A DNA stretch of 58,173 bases from a virus (Duplodnaviria > Caudoviricetes). Position 1 is the first letter of the stretch. Each line of letters starts with the position of its first letter. The position numbers and the translations under genes were made by a program. The stretch is taken from IMG/VR virus record IMGVR_UViG_3300029818_000003, positions 1 through 58,173 of that record, one strand, 5' to 3'. Below are positions 39,402-48,499 of the stretch, piece after piece. The notes beneath the pieces were generated by a model, which saw nothing but the letters and a program-made list of their open reading frames with translations, did no database searches and was not told where the DNA came from.

Positions 39402-39997
39402 TGGAGCCGCGCATCGATGTTCATCTGCTCACCTTGAACGAACCTGCCGAATGGCGCGAGACCTGCATCACCAGTCTCGAAGGAGCACCGATCCAGTTGC
39501 ACGTGCTGCCGGGCATCCCGGGCCGCATCGGCGAGGCACGCGCGGCGGGTTATGCGCAAGGCACGTTGCCGCTGGTGTCCTTCGTTGATCCCGATGATCT
39601 GTACGAAGCCATCGCTTTTACGCAGTTGGCCGATGCGCTGGATGCCTGCCCACAGGCAGTGATGGCCTACACGGATGAAGCGCTGACGGACGAGGCTGGC
39701 CGCGACATTGCCGTGCGACGTCTGGCCTACAGCCGCTGGCAGCACACCAACAGCGCCAGCCACGTTCACGGTCTGATCGTGATGCGGCGTTCCGTCGTGG
39801 AATCTGTGATCAAGGAAACCACCGACATCCACAATTTTGCCGATTGGATGCTGACGCTGCTCGTCGCCAAACGCGGCGGCGTGCTGTACCTGCCCATCGT
39901 CGGACGTCATTGGCGGCAGCACCCGCAGCAAAGCCACCGAACCGGCGATCCGGACGCTGTCCGGCGTATTCGCCAAGCATTGAATCTCTGGAGATAA
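39401..39997 (+). CDS. GT2/GT-A fold glycosyltransferase-like protein
   Basis: ARAAGYAQGTLPLVSFVDPDD (DxDD) and a downstream ADW; TGATG-coupled to the tail protein. Confidence 0.7.
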   Translation: MEPRIDVHLLTLNEPAEWRETCITSLEGAPIQLHVLPGIPGRIGEARAAGYAQGTLPLVSFVDPDDLYEAIAFTQLADALDACPQAVMAYTDEALTDEAGRDIAVRRLAYSRWQHTNSASHVHGLIVMRRSVVESVIKETTDIHNFADWMLTLLVAKRGGVLYLPIVGRHWRQHPQQSHRTGDPDAVRRIRQALNLWR

Positions 39998-40000
39998 ACC

Positions 40001-40351
40001 ATGTCATCAACCGACCCGAACCTTGGACTCAACTACGGCTGGACGCTCGGCGAGAGCGGCTGGGATACCGGCATGGACGCCAACCTCAAGCGCCTCGGCG
40101 CAGTGATTGGCCTGTCCGTGAAAGACCGTGACCTGACTGCACCACCTGCCAGCCCGGCCAACGGCGACCGCTACATCGTCCCGGCCACCGCCACGGGCGT
40201 GTGGGCAGGCAAGACCAACCAGATCGCCGCGCGCATTGCCGACGTCTGGGAATTCCACGTACCCAAGATCGGCTGGCTTTGCTACATCGAGGACGAGGCC
40301 AAGCTCTCGGCCTACAAGGCCACCGGCTGGAGCGCCGGTATCGCCATCTGA
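40001..40351 (+). CDS. DUF2793-domain protein (stand-alone)
   Basis: PPASPANGDRYIVPATATGVWAG...PKIGW. Confidence 0.85.
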   Translation: MSSTDPNLGLNYGWTLGESGWDTGMDANLKRLGAVIGLSVKDRDLTAPPASPANGDRYIVPATATGVWAGKTNQIAARIADVWEFHVPKIGWLCYIEDEAKLSAYKATGWSAGIAI

Positions 40352-40369
40352 ATCGCCATTTTTACCACT

Positions 40370-40394
40370 GAAACCCGCCCACGAGGCGGGTTTC
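40370..40394 (+). terminator. Hairpin between tail and lysis genes
   Basis: GAAACCCGCC-cacga-GGCGGGTTTC. Confidence 0.55.
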
Positions 40395-40413
40395 GCATTT
40401 CTGGAGAACGCAA

Positions 40414-40704
40414 ATGAACGCACCCACTGTGACTGAGGGCATGGTCACCATGCCCAAGGATGAATTCGAAGAACTGCTGGAACGTGTTGCCGAGCGCGGC
40501 GCGCGTGCGGCGCTGTCCGATGTCGGCCTCGACGGCGAAAACGCCGCGAACGACATTCGCGAGCTGCGCGGCTTGCTGGAGGCCTTCAATACCGCCAAGC
40601 ACACCGCGTGGCAGACGGTGATCAAGCTGGTCACCACGAGTTTCTTGCTGGCGCTGGTTGCGGGCGCGCTCATCAAGCTCAGGGTGTTCGGAGGTGCCCA
40701 ATGA
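40414..40704 (+). CDS. DUF6127-like membrane protein (holin/antiholin candidate)
   Basis: One C-terminal hydrophobic helix; lies in the lysis cluster. Confidence 0.7.
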   Translation: MNAPTVTEGMVTMPKDEFEELLERVAERGARAALSDVGLDGENAANDIRELRGLLEAFNTAKHTAWQTVIKLVTTSFLLALVAGALIKLRVFGGAQ

Positions 40705-41177
40705 TCGAAACATTACTTGGCGGTCTGCTGGGTGGCGCATTCCGTCTCGCCCCCGAATTCCTCAAGTGGCTCGACCGCAAGGGCGAACGTGGCCACGAGC
40801 TGGCGATGCAGGACAAGGCGCTCGAATTCGAGAAGATTCGCGGTGCGCAACGAATGGGCGAGATCGGCGCAGGCGCTGACGCCGCGTGGAACGTCGGTGC
40901 CATCGAAACACTGCGCGATGCCGTGCGCACCCAAGGTGAGAAAACCGGCGTGCGCTGGGCCGATGCGCTCTCAAGCAGTGTGCGGCCCGTGATCACCTAC
41001 TGGTTCATGGCGTTGTACTGCGCTGCCAAAACCGCTGCGTTTGTGGCGGCCGTAACCGCTGGCGCTGGCTGGGGCGTGGCAATCCTGCACGCGTGGACGG
41101 AGGCAGACCAAGCCTTGTGGGCCGGGGTGCTGAATTTTTGGTTCCTGGGGCGCGTGTTCGACCGGGTGCGGTCGTGA
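40701..41177 (+). CDS. Holin-like membrane protein
   Basis: SVRPVITY, NFWFLGR and hydrophobic segments; coupled to the lysozyme. Confidence 0.7.
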   Translation: MIETLLGGLLGGAFRLAPEFLKWLDRKGERGHELAMQDKALEFEKIRGAQRMGEIGAGADAAWNVGAIETLRDAVRTQGEKTGVRWADALSSSVRPVITYWFMALYCAAKTAAFVAAVTAGAGWGVAILHAWTEADQALWAGVLNFWFLGRVFDRVRS

Positions 41178-41662
41178 TGGTGCCGCAGTCTGCAATCGAA
41201 CTGGCCAAGCGCTTTGAGGGCTTTGAAAAGCGAGTGAAGCGCGGCACGGAGATTGCTGCCGTCCCTTACGTGTGTCCGGCAGGATTCTGGACGATTGGTT
41301 ACGGCCACCTTTGTGCGCAGGATCACCCGCCAATCACGCAGGACGAGGCCGAAGCCTATCTGGCACAAGACCTCGTGAAAGCGTTGAGGGCCACGTTGCG
41401 GTACTGCCCGGTGCTGGCCACCGAGCCAGAAGGACGGCTCGCCGCCATCGTGGACTTCACTTTCAATCTCGGTGCAGGGCGGCTCCAGACATCGACGCTC
41501 CGACGGCGGATCAATCAGCGCGACTGGTCGGGTGCTGCAATGGAGCTGCAGCGGTGGGTCTATGGAGGCGGTCGGGTGCTGCAGGGATTGATGACAAGAC
41601 GTAAGGCAGAGGTGCAATTGATGCTGTGTTCAGACGAACTTAGGACTGGACGCTCTGGGTAA
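41177..41662 (+). CDS. Endolysin, GH24 lysozyme
   Basis: KRFEG, CPAGFWTIGYGH, FNLGAG, GLMTRRKAE. Confidence 0.92.
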   Translation: MVPQSAIELAKRFEGFEKRVKRGTEIAAVPYVCPAGFWTIGYGHLCAQDHPPITQDEAEAYLAQDLVKALRATLRYCPVLATEPEGRLAAIVDFTFNLGAGRLQTSTLRRRINQRDWSGAAMELQRWVYGGGRVLQGLMTRRKAEVQLMLCSDELRTGRSG

Positions 41663-41696
41663 AATGAGTGACAATACGTCACACAATTAACCCAGA
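41654..41696. promoter_or_regulatory. 43-bp imperfect palindrome upstream of the C5 methylase (candidate autoregulatory operator)
   Basis: TCTGGGTAAAATGAGTGAC-AATAC-GTCACACAATTAACCCAGA; arms match 16/19. Confidence 0.55.
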
Positions 41697-41707
41697 ACAA
41701 AAAATAC

Positions 41708-43063
41708 ATGGCAGCTGAATTGGAAGATCTTGATCTCATCAAAAAACTCTTGGAGATCTACGATCAGAAGTATCTCGGTGAGTACTTGAACAGAGTTTCA
41801 CCTGGGCAATGGTGCAGAGAAACCATCAATCGTTGGCTAAAAGGGAAAGCATCGCCACGACTTAGCCATCGCGAACATGATGCTTTGTGCACGCTCCTGC
41901 CAGCCCCACCTCCAAATCACCCAGATTACGAGTTCGACTTCATTGACCTTTTCGCGGGCATCGGCGGCATACGACGCGGATTTGAACATGCTGGAGGCAG
42001 GTGTGTCTTTACAAGCGAATGGAACGATTACGCGATCAGAACATACAAGGCGAATCACTATGCTGACCCTGTGGCGCATAGTTTCAATGACGACATTCGC
42101 AAGGTGACGCTCAGTGAGCAGGAAGACGTCTCAGAGAAAGTGGTCGCTGCAAATATCCACAGACTGATCCCAGACCATGATGTCCTTTTGGCTGGCTTTC
42201 CTTGTCAACCATTCTCGATCGCCGGAGTATCAAAGAAAAATGCCCTCGGCCGAGCGCACGGATTCGAATGTAAAACCCAAGGCACACTATTCTTTGATGT
42301 GGCGCGGATTATTAAGGTGAAACGGCCAGCAGCATTTCTACTGGAAAACGTCAAAAACCTGAAGAGTCACGATAAAGGAAGAACTTTCAAGGTCATCATG
42401 GAAACCTTGAATGAATTGGGCTATTGGGTTGCAGATGTGGATGCTGTAGGGTCATCAGATCCCAAAGTCATTGATGCTCAGAACTTTGTTCCGCAGCACA
42501 GAGAACGAATTGTGCTCGTAGGCTTTAGGCGAGACCTGAACGTGCATGACGGCTTTACCCTAAAAGATATAAGGAAGCACTACCCAAAAAAGAAACCTGT
42601 CCTCGGAGATATTCTTGAAAAAAGTGTAGATGAGAAATACATTCTTACACCGAGGCTCTGGGAGTATTTGTTTAACTATGCGATCAAGCACAAGGCAAAA
42701 GGCAACGGATTCGGTTATGGTTTAGTGGGTGAAGGAGATGTAACTCGGACTCTTTCAGCGCGATACTACAAAGATGGCTCAGAGATTCTGATAGATCGAG
42801 GTTTTAATCCAGATAAGGATTTCTACACTGCCAAGAATCAAAAGAACAGGCCTCGCAGACTAACCCCTCGTGAGTGCGCAAGGCTGATGGGTTATGACGA
42901 GATTGATAATCCATCATTCAAGATCCCGGTCTCAGATATGCAGGCCTACAAGCAGTTTGGTAACTCAGTTGCTGTGCCTGTTTTTGCAGCAGTTGCAAAA
43001 TTGATGAAGCCTAGAATCAAGGAGGCCATCCTTAAAACGAAAATTCGCCCCAAAAATGGCTGA
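41708..43063 (+). CDS. dcm: DNA cytosine-C5 methyltransferase, M.EcoRII/Dcm-like (CCWGG predicted), with N-terminal HTH
   Basis: [40 protein letters not shown]; N-terminal YDQKY...WCRETINRW resembles M.EcoRII. Confidence 0.93.
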   Translation: MAAELEDLDLIKKLLEIYDQKYLGEYLNRVSPGQWCRETINRWLKGKASPRLSHREHDALCTLLPAPPPNHPDYEFDFIDLFAGIGGIRRGFEHAGGRCVFTSEWNDYAIRTYKANHYADPVAHSFNDDIRKVTLSEQEDVSEKVVAANIHRLIPDHDVLLAGFPCQPFSIAGVSKKNALGRAHGFECKTQGTLFFDVARIIKVKRPAAFLLENVKNLKSHDKGRTFKVIMETLNELGYWVADVDAVGSSDPKVIDAQNFVPQHRERIVLVGFRRDLNVHDGFTLKDIRKHYPKKKPVLGDILEKSVDEKYILTPRLWEYLFNYAIKHKAKGNGFGYGLVGEGDVTRTLSARYYKDGSEILIDRGFNPDKDFYTAKNQKNRPRRLTPRECARLMGYDEIDNPSFKIPVSDMQAYKQFGNSVAVPVFAAVAKLMKPRIKEAILKTKIRPKNG

Positions 43064-43523
43064 TGTTCATAGCCCCGACATCCGCTCGAAAAACATGCGG
43101 GCAATACGCTCAAAAAACACCAAACCAGAAATTTTGGTCAGGCGTGCCCTTCATGCAGCAGGATTCCGTTACCGGCTCCATGTACCTGGCATGCCAGGTA
43201 AGCCGGATATCGTTTTTTCAAAATTTCATGCCGCCATTTTGATTCATGGGTGTTTCTGGCACGGACACGACTGTAAATTTTTCAAACTGCCGTCAACCCG
43301 AACTGAGTTCTGGCGTGCCAAGATAGAGAAAAACAGAATCAACGATGCAAGAGCATTCGAAACGCTAGTTTCGTCAGGCTGGCGCGTTGCGGTCGTCTGG
43401 GAATGCGAAATTTGCAGAAGGCCGAATGAAGATCAACTCAGCTTAACCCTACGGCTATCAGACTGGTTGAAATCGGCCCGGACCTCCATTGAGATTCCGC
43501 CTGCGCACGTAAGTAGTCAATAG
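43056..43523 (+). CDS. vsr: Very-short-patch repair endonuclease
   Basis: DVHS...[30 protein letters not shown]. Confidence 0.95.
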   Translation: MADVHSPDIRSKNMRAIRSKNTKPEILVRRALHAAGFRYRLHVPGMPGKPDIVFSKFHAAILIHGCFWHGHDCKFFKLPSTRTEFWRAKIEKNRINDARAFETLVSSGWRVAVVWECEICRRPNEDQLSLTLRLSDWLKSARTSIEIPPAHVSSQ

Positions 43524-43574
43524 CAATGTCTCAAAGCAATCATGACGTCCCTACAATTTGGCGTGGCGGCATGT

Positions 43575-44444
43575 CTATCCCCCAGCTATTTTTAGCCGCT
43601 TCGACACAGCTTCTGCGATCAGAGTTTTAAGGTCATCAGTTGAAAGTGGCGGATTCGTTCTGTGCAGCATCGCGTGACAGTTCCCACAGACAGGTACCAA
43701 ATCCCTCACTGGGTCAACCCGATACGCCCCCCCCATTGACGACACCGGAACTCGGTGATGAACTTCAATGAAATCTTGGCCAAGATCACCATAATGAACG
43801 CCAAAATCAAAGCCACAGACATTGCAAGTCGTACCGAAGTGGGCGATGCACGCTGCACGGTTAACGGGACTTCTTTCGTACTTGTTGACCTCCACTTGAA
43901 TTTTCGCACCCTCCGGTAGTCCAACTTCAAAACCCGGAACCGTGTCGATCACTTCTTCCAATGGTAAGAGGGCCAGCGCCATACCCAGACAGGTCGAGGC
44001 AGCTTCGAGGACGAAATCATGGGACTGATCGCCTGACAGCTTCCCGCTCACCACCCTTTTGTCGCAGTCAAGTTCAAATTTTGCCCATTCACCGTGTGGC
44101 AGGTCATCTGCAGCATCAACGGGATTTCCATTCACGCTAATGCTTAAACGAAAGCCATCCAACGCAGCTTTTCTGGCCAAAGTCGAAAACGTTGTCCTTG
44201 CAGTTTCGTCTGCCTCTGCCATATGTCGTAACAGGGTTCTGGAAAAGGCATCCGCCCTAAAACTTGCTTCCACCTGGCGTGGTGTGCGCGCCAAAACAAT
44301 GCCAAACCCATTTGGGCGCGGAAGATCAACAGGTCGCAGAACGACAAACCTACCGCCGTCAACGTCCTCAAGCCCCCCAAAAAGCCCAAGACCAAATCGC
44401 GCCTGAAGCCTTTGAGCCAAGGCGGTCGCGTCGAGCATTGTCAT
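43575..44444 (-). CDS. HNH endonuclease with unknown N-terminal domain
   Basis: YERS, CNVCGFDF, IEVHH, CGNCHAMLH. Confidence 0.9.
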   Translation of the reverse strand: MTMLDATALAQRLQARFGLGLFGGLEDVDGGRFVVLRPVDLPRPNGFGIVLARTPRQVEASFRADAFSRTLLRHMAEADETARTTFSTLARKAALDGFRLSISVNGNPVDAADDLPHGEWAKFELDCDKRVVSGKLSGDQSHDFVLEAASTCLGMALALLPLEEVIDTVPGFEVGLPEGAKIQVEVNKYERSPVNRAACIAHFGTTCNVCGFDFGVHYGDLGQDFIEVHHRVPVSSMGGAYRVDPVRDLVPVCGNCHAMLHRTNPPLSTDDLKTLIAEAVSKRLKIAGG

Positions 44445-46057
44445 TACTCAGCTCCAGACTCCGGCGGATCGGGCAAATCAGCAACTAGCTTTTTAAGATT
44501 GCGTGACACCTCAATCCGAAATTCCTCGAACGCGTCCCGGTTCTCGTCGTTAACGTTGTTTAATTCGGCTTGAGCCAACGCCCAGAGCATAAAGTCGAGT
44601 GCCTGAACTACAACACTGTCGCCTTTGTTTGGCAGATATGCCTTTGGATAGAAGGGGTGCCCCGTGTTTAGCGTAACGCCAAACGCGCCGTTGACGAGGG
44701 CCGGTTCCCAAAGTACGCCATTGTCAAGCGTTTCACTGGTTGATATGTGAACCAGACTGGGCTCGTCGGTCGTAACGATCTTGAGCTTTGTCGTGGAATG
44801 ACCAGAGTTGTTCGTTATCCCAACCTCGCCATTCGCTGAATTGACATCGGTTACCGTTGCTACCTTCAGCGCTCCAACCTTCTGATGAATTGCATTGCCG
44901 GAGGCGGTGTGCAGCAACGCAGCGGCTCCTTTCACTGCCCCAGCAGCACCCTTCCTGTAGCGAGTTTCCGCTTCGCGGCGTGGCGCTGCAAGAAAAGTGT
45001 CCCTCAACCACTCGTAAAGCTGCTCATTCAGGAGAATCCTTGACTTCTTGATGTCCACCTGAAAAGCGTCATCCAGTTTGTGGTCAAAAGACAGCTCTAC
45101 ACGCAGGAGCGAAAAGTGTGGTTCCTGCTTGTACATGCCAAGCCAATCCGGCCCATGAATAAGTCGGTTTTCTCTATAGACATAGACCCCTTGGCGTTCG
45201 TTGGAAATCTTGGCCGCGATTCGATTCTCAGACGACGAGAACTCTTCTTTTCTTGGAAGGATGAAAGCCCTAATGGAAAATGAAGTTGTTTGCCCGCTGG
45301 GTAATTGAACCGGGATAGTCTTGTCAACGACCGGAGTGTTAACCTCTGCCACACAAAAGGGGTCCCACGCAGCGACCGCAAAACCGTTCAACTTAATGTT
45401 GAGCGTCCGTGAACGTTTGTCTGAGGGGTCAAGGAATCGCTGGTAAACAGTTGCGATGTGTTCCCGCAATGACTCTTCTAATCGTTTGAGCGCATTCTTC
45501 AGTGGCTTTCCATCTGGTTTTGTATAGTCGGAAAGGAGCCGGTCAACTTTCTCCCAGATGACTACCGTTCCGGATTTGCCTTTCGCGCTTTCATTGAGTA
45601 GCTGCGCTTCGTGCGACGCAGCTGGGCCAAGTTCAAGACCCCAACTATTCGACTGTCCCAAAAAATCAAGATCCCATGCAGCGCGCAGTGGTGCCGCCTG
45701 ACCATCCGGGCGCGAAATTAATGCCAGTCGTTTACAAAAAGCTGTTGAAGCAGTTTTCAGCCCCAGTCCGAATTTTCCTAGGCTGGCGGGATCAGCTCGT
45801 TTCTTGGATCCATACTTCATCGCATTGATGAGTCCATCCCTGTCCATGCCGCAACCGTCATCCGCGACTGATACAGCAATGTTTCCAATGAAGTCAGCAC
45901 CAACCCGAACGTCAACGACAGTCGCACCAGCAGCGATAGAGTTATCGATAACGTCCGCTACTGCGGTGTTGAATTCATAACCCGTGTCGCGCAGCCCCTC
46001 ACTGACTCGGGCTACGTCTGGTGGCACCTCAATAGTTTCTATTTGCGACATAGTCAT
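44444..46057 (-). CDS. GHKL/MORC-like ATPase (HATPase_c_3)
   Basis: ADVIDNSI, DDGCGM, LGKFGLGLKTAS, GT, S5-like GVYVYRENRLI...LLRVEL; TAATG coupling to the HNH gene. Confidence 0.9.
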   Translation of the reverse strand: MTMSQIETIEVPPDVARVSEGLRDTGYEFNTAVADVIDNSIAAGATVVDVRVGADFIGNIAVSVADDGCGMDRDGLINAMKYGSKKRADPASLGKFGLGLKTASTAFCKRLALISRPDGQAAPLRAAWDLDFLGQSNSWGLELGPAASHEAQLLNESAKGKSGTVVIWEKVDRLLSDYTKPDGKPLKNALKRLEESLREHIATVYQRFLDPSDKRSRTLNIKLNGFAVAAWDPFCVAEVNTPVVDKTIPVQLPSGQTTSFSIRAFILPRKEEFSSSENRIAAKISNERQGVYVYRENRLIHGPDWLGMYKQEPHFSLLRVELSFDHKLDDAFQVDIKKSRILLNEQLYEWLRDTFLAAPRREAETRYRKGAAGAVKGAAALLHTASGNAIHQKVGALKVATVTDVNSANGEVGITNNSGHSTTKLKIVTTDEPSLVHISTSETLDNGVLWEPALVNGAFGVTLNTGHPFYPKAYLPNKGDSVVVQALDFMLWALAQAELNNVNDENRDAFEEFRIEVSRNLKKLVADLPDPPESGAE

Positions 46058-46071
46058 TCCCCCCTTTAATT

Positions 46072-46497
46072 TCAAGAATTGATAATTTTCCAACCGCCAC
46101 TCAGGATGAGAACGCCATCATCGTTGAGTCTTACAGTAGTACCGCCTGCGCGAACACATTCCACATACACGGAGCCATTTTCGTCTTTGGAAAAGATTAG
46201 GTCGTCCCCAATTTTTGCGTCAATTGCGCGCAGGTACTTGGTCATGCATGTAAGGCGGTACTCATTGCGCGTGCCGTCGAAGAGTGCGTTGTTGTAATAA
46301 ATGAAATTGAATTCCCATTTCGATCCATCAGCGCGCTCCCGAACCAAAAGTGTTATTCGCGGATTCTTAATACTTGGATTCAACTGAGGAAAAAACGAAA
46401 GAATCTCTTTAGCTTTAGGCACGAGAATTCCTGCTTGGTGGCCGCCCGTTGCACCAACATCATTGGCACTAAGCTTCTTTGAAATTGTGGTCGTCAT
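46072..46497 (-). CDS. Stand-alone EcoRII N-terminal (B3-like) DNA-recognition domain
   Basis: KKLSANDVGATGGHQAGILVPK, NP, YYNN...GTRNEYRLT. Confidence 0.88.
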   Translation of the reverse strand: MTTTISKKLSANDVGATGGHQAGILVPKAKEILSFFPQLNPSIKNPRITLLVRERADGSKWEFNFIYYNNALFDGTRNEYRLTCMTKYLRAIDAKIGDDLIFSKDENGSVYVECVRAGGTTVRLNDDGVLILSGGWKIINS

Positions 46498-48401
46498 TTT
46501 CCGTGTTCCTGAAATTTTGAAAGGGGCGAAATTTGAAGCGCCCGGACAATTATTGATGGATCAATCTCACCTTCGTGGCCAATGACAGCTTCACCGGCCA
46601 AGCCACGCTTGAATTGGGCGCGGTCCAGCATTACCTCTTCAACACTGTCAACGAAGTAGAGATAGTGAATTGTCACAGGTAGCAATTGCTTCCTCCGATA
46701 CGCTCTCCCAGATGCCTGATCAGTGAGAGCTGGATTCCATTCTGGGTTGAAATGGATCACGTGATTGGCTGCCGTTATATTCAGCCCTGCACCAGCTGCT
46801 TTAGGATTTAAGAACAGCGCACCGAATCCTTTGAACTCATAGAACTGATCAACTGTTGGTTGCCGGGTTGCAACCGGCACACGACCATCAATGAATCGGA
46901 AGAACCCTTTCGGCCACCTCTGAGGAATATCCCGCATCAACAGATCTGCCATTCCTTGGTAGGTTGTAAATACCAGAGCCTTCTCATTGGATTCAAATAT
47001 CTCGGCGAGAAGCTCCAATAGACGAGCATATTTCGGCATGTCGACAGACGGGTCGCCGCTGCCGTTATCTATAAGATAGGGATGAGTGCAAAACATTCGA
47101 AGGCGGGAAGTGGCAACCATTGCTGCTGCCGGTCCGTATTCTTCTAGCGTCTGTCGTCGCAGAGCTTCATACGCTTCAGCAAGCCCCTCGGTCATCTTTA
47201 TCGGCTGGGGGATTTCTATCTTTGGGGGCAGATCCTTGGCCACATCAGCCACCTTTCGCCTCAGAAGAATAGGCGAAACAATTGGCCCGAGTCGGCTTGC
47301 ATCGTTGATGTCATCGGAAAAGCTTGCTCGAAATTCACTAACAGACCCAAGCAACCCAGGAAGTGCGAAATCTGCAAGCGACCAAAGATCATCGAGCCGG
47401 TTTTCCACAGGAGTGCCGGTTACTGCTAGTGACACCCGACGCGGAATTCTTTTAACCGCCTGAGTCCTCTGTGCGTCAGGATTCTTTATTGCCTGCGCCT
47501 CATCAAGAACGAGTAAGTTCCACTCTATCGAAGAAAGTAGCGGCTCATCTCGTATGGCGGTGTCGAAAGATGTGATCACGACATCAAACGGGCTAAGGCG
47601 CTCCGCAATCCCGGCTCTTCCCGCTCCTGCATGAACGTGAACCTTGAGTAGCGGTGAGAACTGTGCGAGTTCTCGCCTCCAGTTCTCGACAATAGTAGCT
47701 GGCGCAATAACTAACGATGGCACGCTGCACCGGTTGTGTTCTGACTGAAGAAGGCCGATGACTTGCAAAGTTTTTCCCAAGCCCATTTCGTCTGCCAATA
47801 CGCATCCAATTTCCTGCTGGGCAATTAACCGCAAAAAGGCCACTCCATCTTTTTGGTATGGATAAAGCTCTGCATTTAGCCCGGGCACGTCGCAAAAAGC
47901 CTTTCCAGCGCTCGTTGCAATATCTGAAGCAACCAAAAGGGAGTCATCGATAAGCTTTGCAGGAACATCATGCGCACTGCGCAGTGCAATCAACTGTCCA
48001 AATGAAATCGGATTGCCCTCGGTTACCCCTAGCCCTAAGATCCAAACTTTGGCGGCCTGCAGTGCTTCAAGGTTGATGGGGTACCATTTCCCTCCACTAA
48101 TTACCTGGTCAGCTCCATCCGGGACATCGCAATATCCAAGGTCGGTGGAAACCCCAGTAGTCACAACAATTGAACTTGGATTCGTATTCTTGATCCAGAC
48201 CGCAGGCTCGGCGGGAAAGCGGGAAAAGCTGAGGTTCGGGCACGCATCCGGCAGCAAGCAATCAAGAGTTCGACCCTCTATTTCGGTCAAACTAGAAAAA
48301 ACGGCCGAATAAACTTGCATGGCGCTCGGGAAGAATTGGCCCCCAGACCGATCCTTTATTTTTAGCCGCCCCTCATCGATAACCCATTCCGCTTGATGCA
48401 T
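46494..48401 (-). CDS. SNF2-family helicase/translocase (start may extend to 48470)
   Basis: LYPYQ, ADEMGLGKT, DEAQ, TGTPVEN, WNPA...QASGRAYR; ATGA coupling to EcoRII-N. Confidence 0.92.
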   Translation of the reverse strand: MHQAEWVIDEGRLKIKDRSGGQFFPSAMQVYSAVFSSLTEIEGRTLDCLLPDACPNLSFSRFPAEPAVWIKNTNPSSIVVTTGVSTDLGYCDVPDGADQVISGGKWYPINLEALQAAKVWILGLGVTEGNPISFGQLIALRSAHDVPAKLIDDSLLVASDIATSAGKAFCDVPGLNAELYPYQKDGVAFLRLIAQQEIGCVLADEMGLGKTLQVIGLLQSEHNRCSVPSLVIAPATIVENWRRELAQFSPLLKVHVHAGAGRAGIAERLSPFDVVITSFDTAIRDEPLLSSIEWNLLVLDEAQAIKNPDAQRTQAVKRIPRRVSLAVTGTPVENRLDDLWSLADFALPGLLGSVSEFRASFSDDINDASRLGPIVSPILLRRKVADVAKDLPPKIEIPQPIKMTEGLAEAYEALRRQTLEEYGPAAAMVATSRLRMFCTHPYLIDNGSGDPSVDMPKYARLLELLAEIFESNEKALVFTTYQGMADLLMRDIPQRWPKGFFRFIDGRVPVATRQPTVDQFYEFKGFGALFLNPKAAGAGLNITAANHVIHFNPEWNPALTDQASGRAYRRKQLLPVTIHYLYFVDSVEEVMLDRAQFKRGLAGEAVIGHEGEIDPSIIVRALQISPLSKFQEHGK

Positions 48402-48499
48402 CTCAGCCTCGTTTCGATTTGGATGTAGTGAGCATTTGAGCCGCTGCAAGATTGTCAGCATCGCCGCCATTTTGGTACATATCGCCCCGAGTCATCTGC

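Noticed and set aside
37128-40351. Diversity-generating retroelement or invertible tail-fibre shufflon
   Set aside because: No reverse transcriptase, TR/VR pair or small invertase seen
23317-41662. Gene transfer agent rather than prophage
   Set aside because: Some tail genes are GTA-like, but the element has its own integrase, replication genes and cos-type terminase
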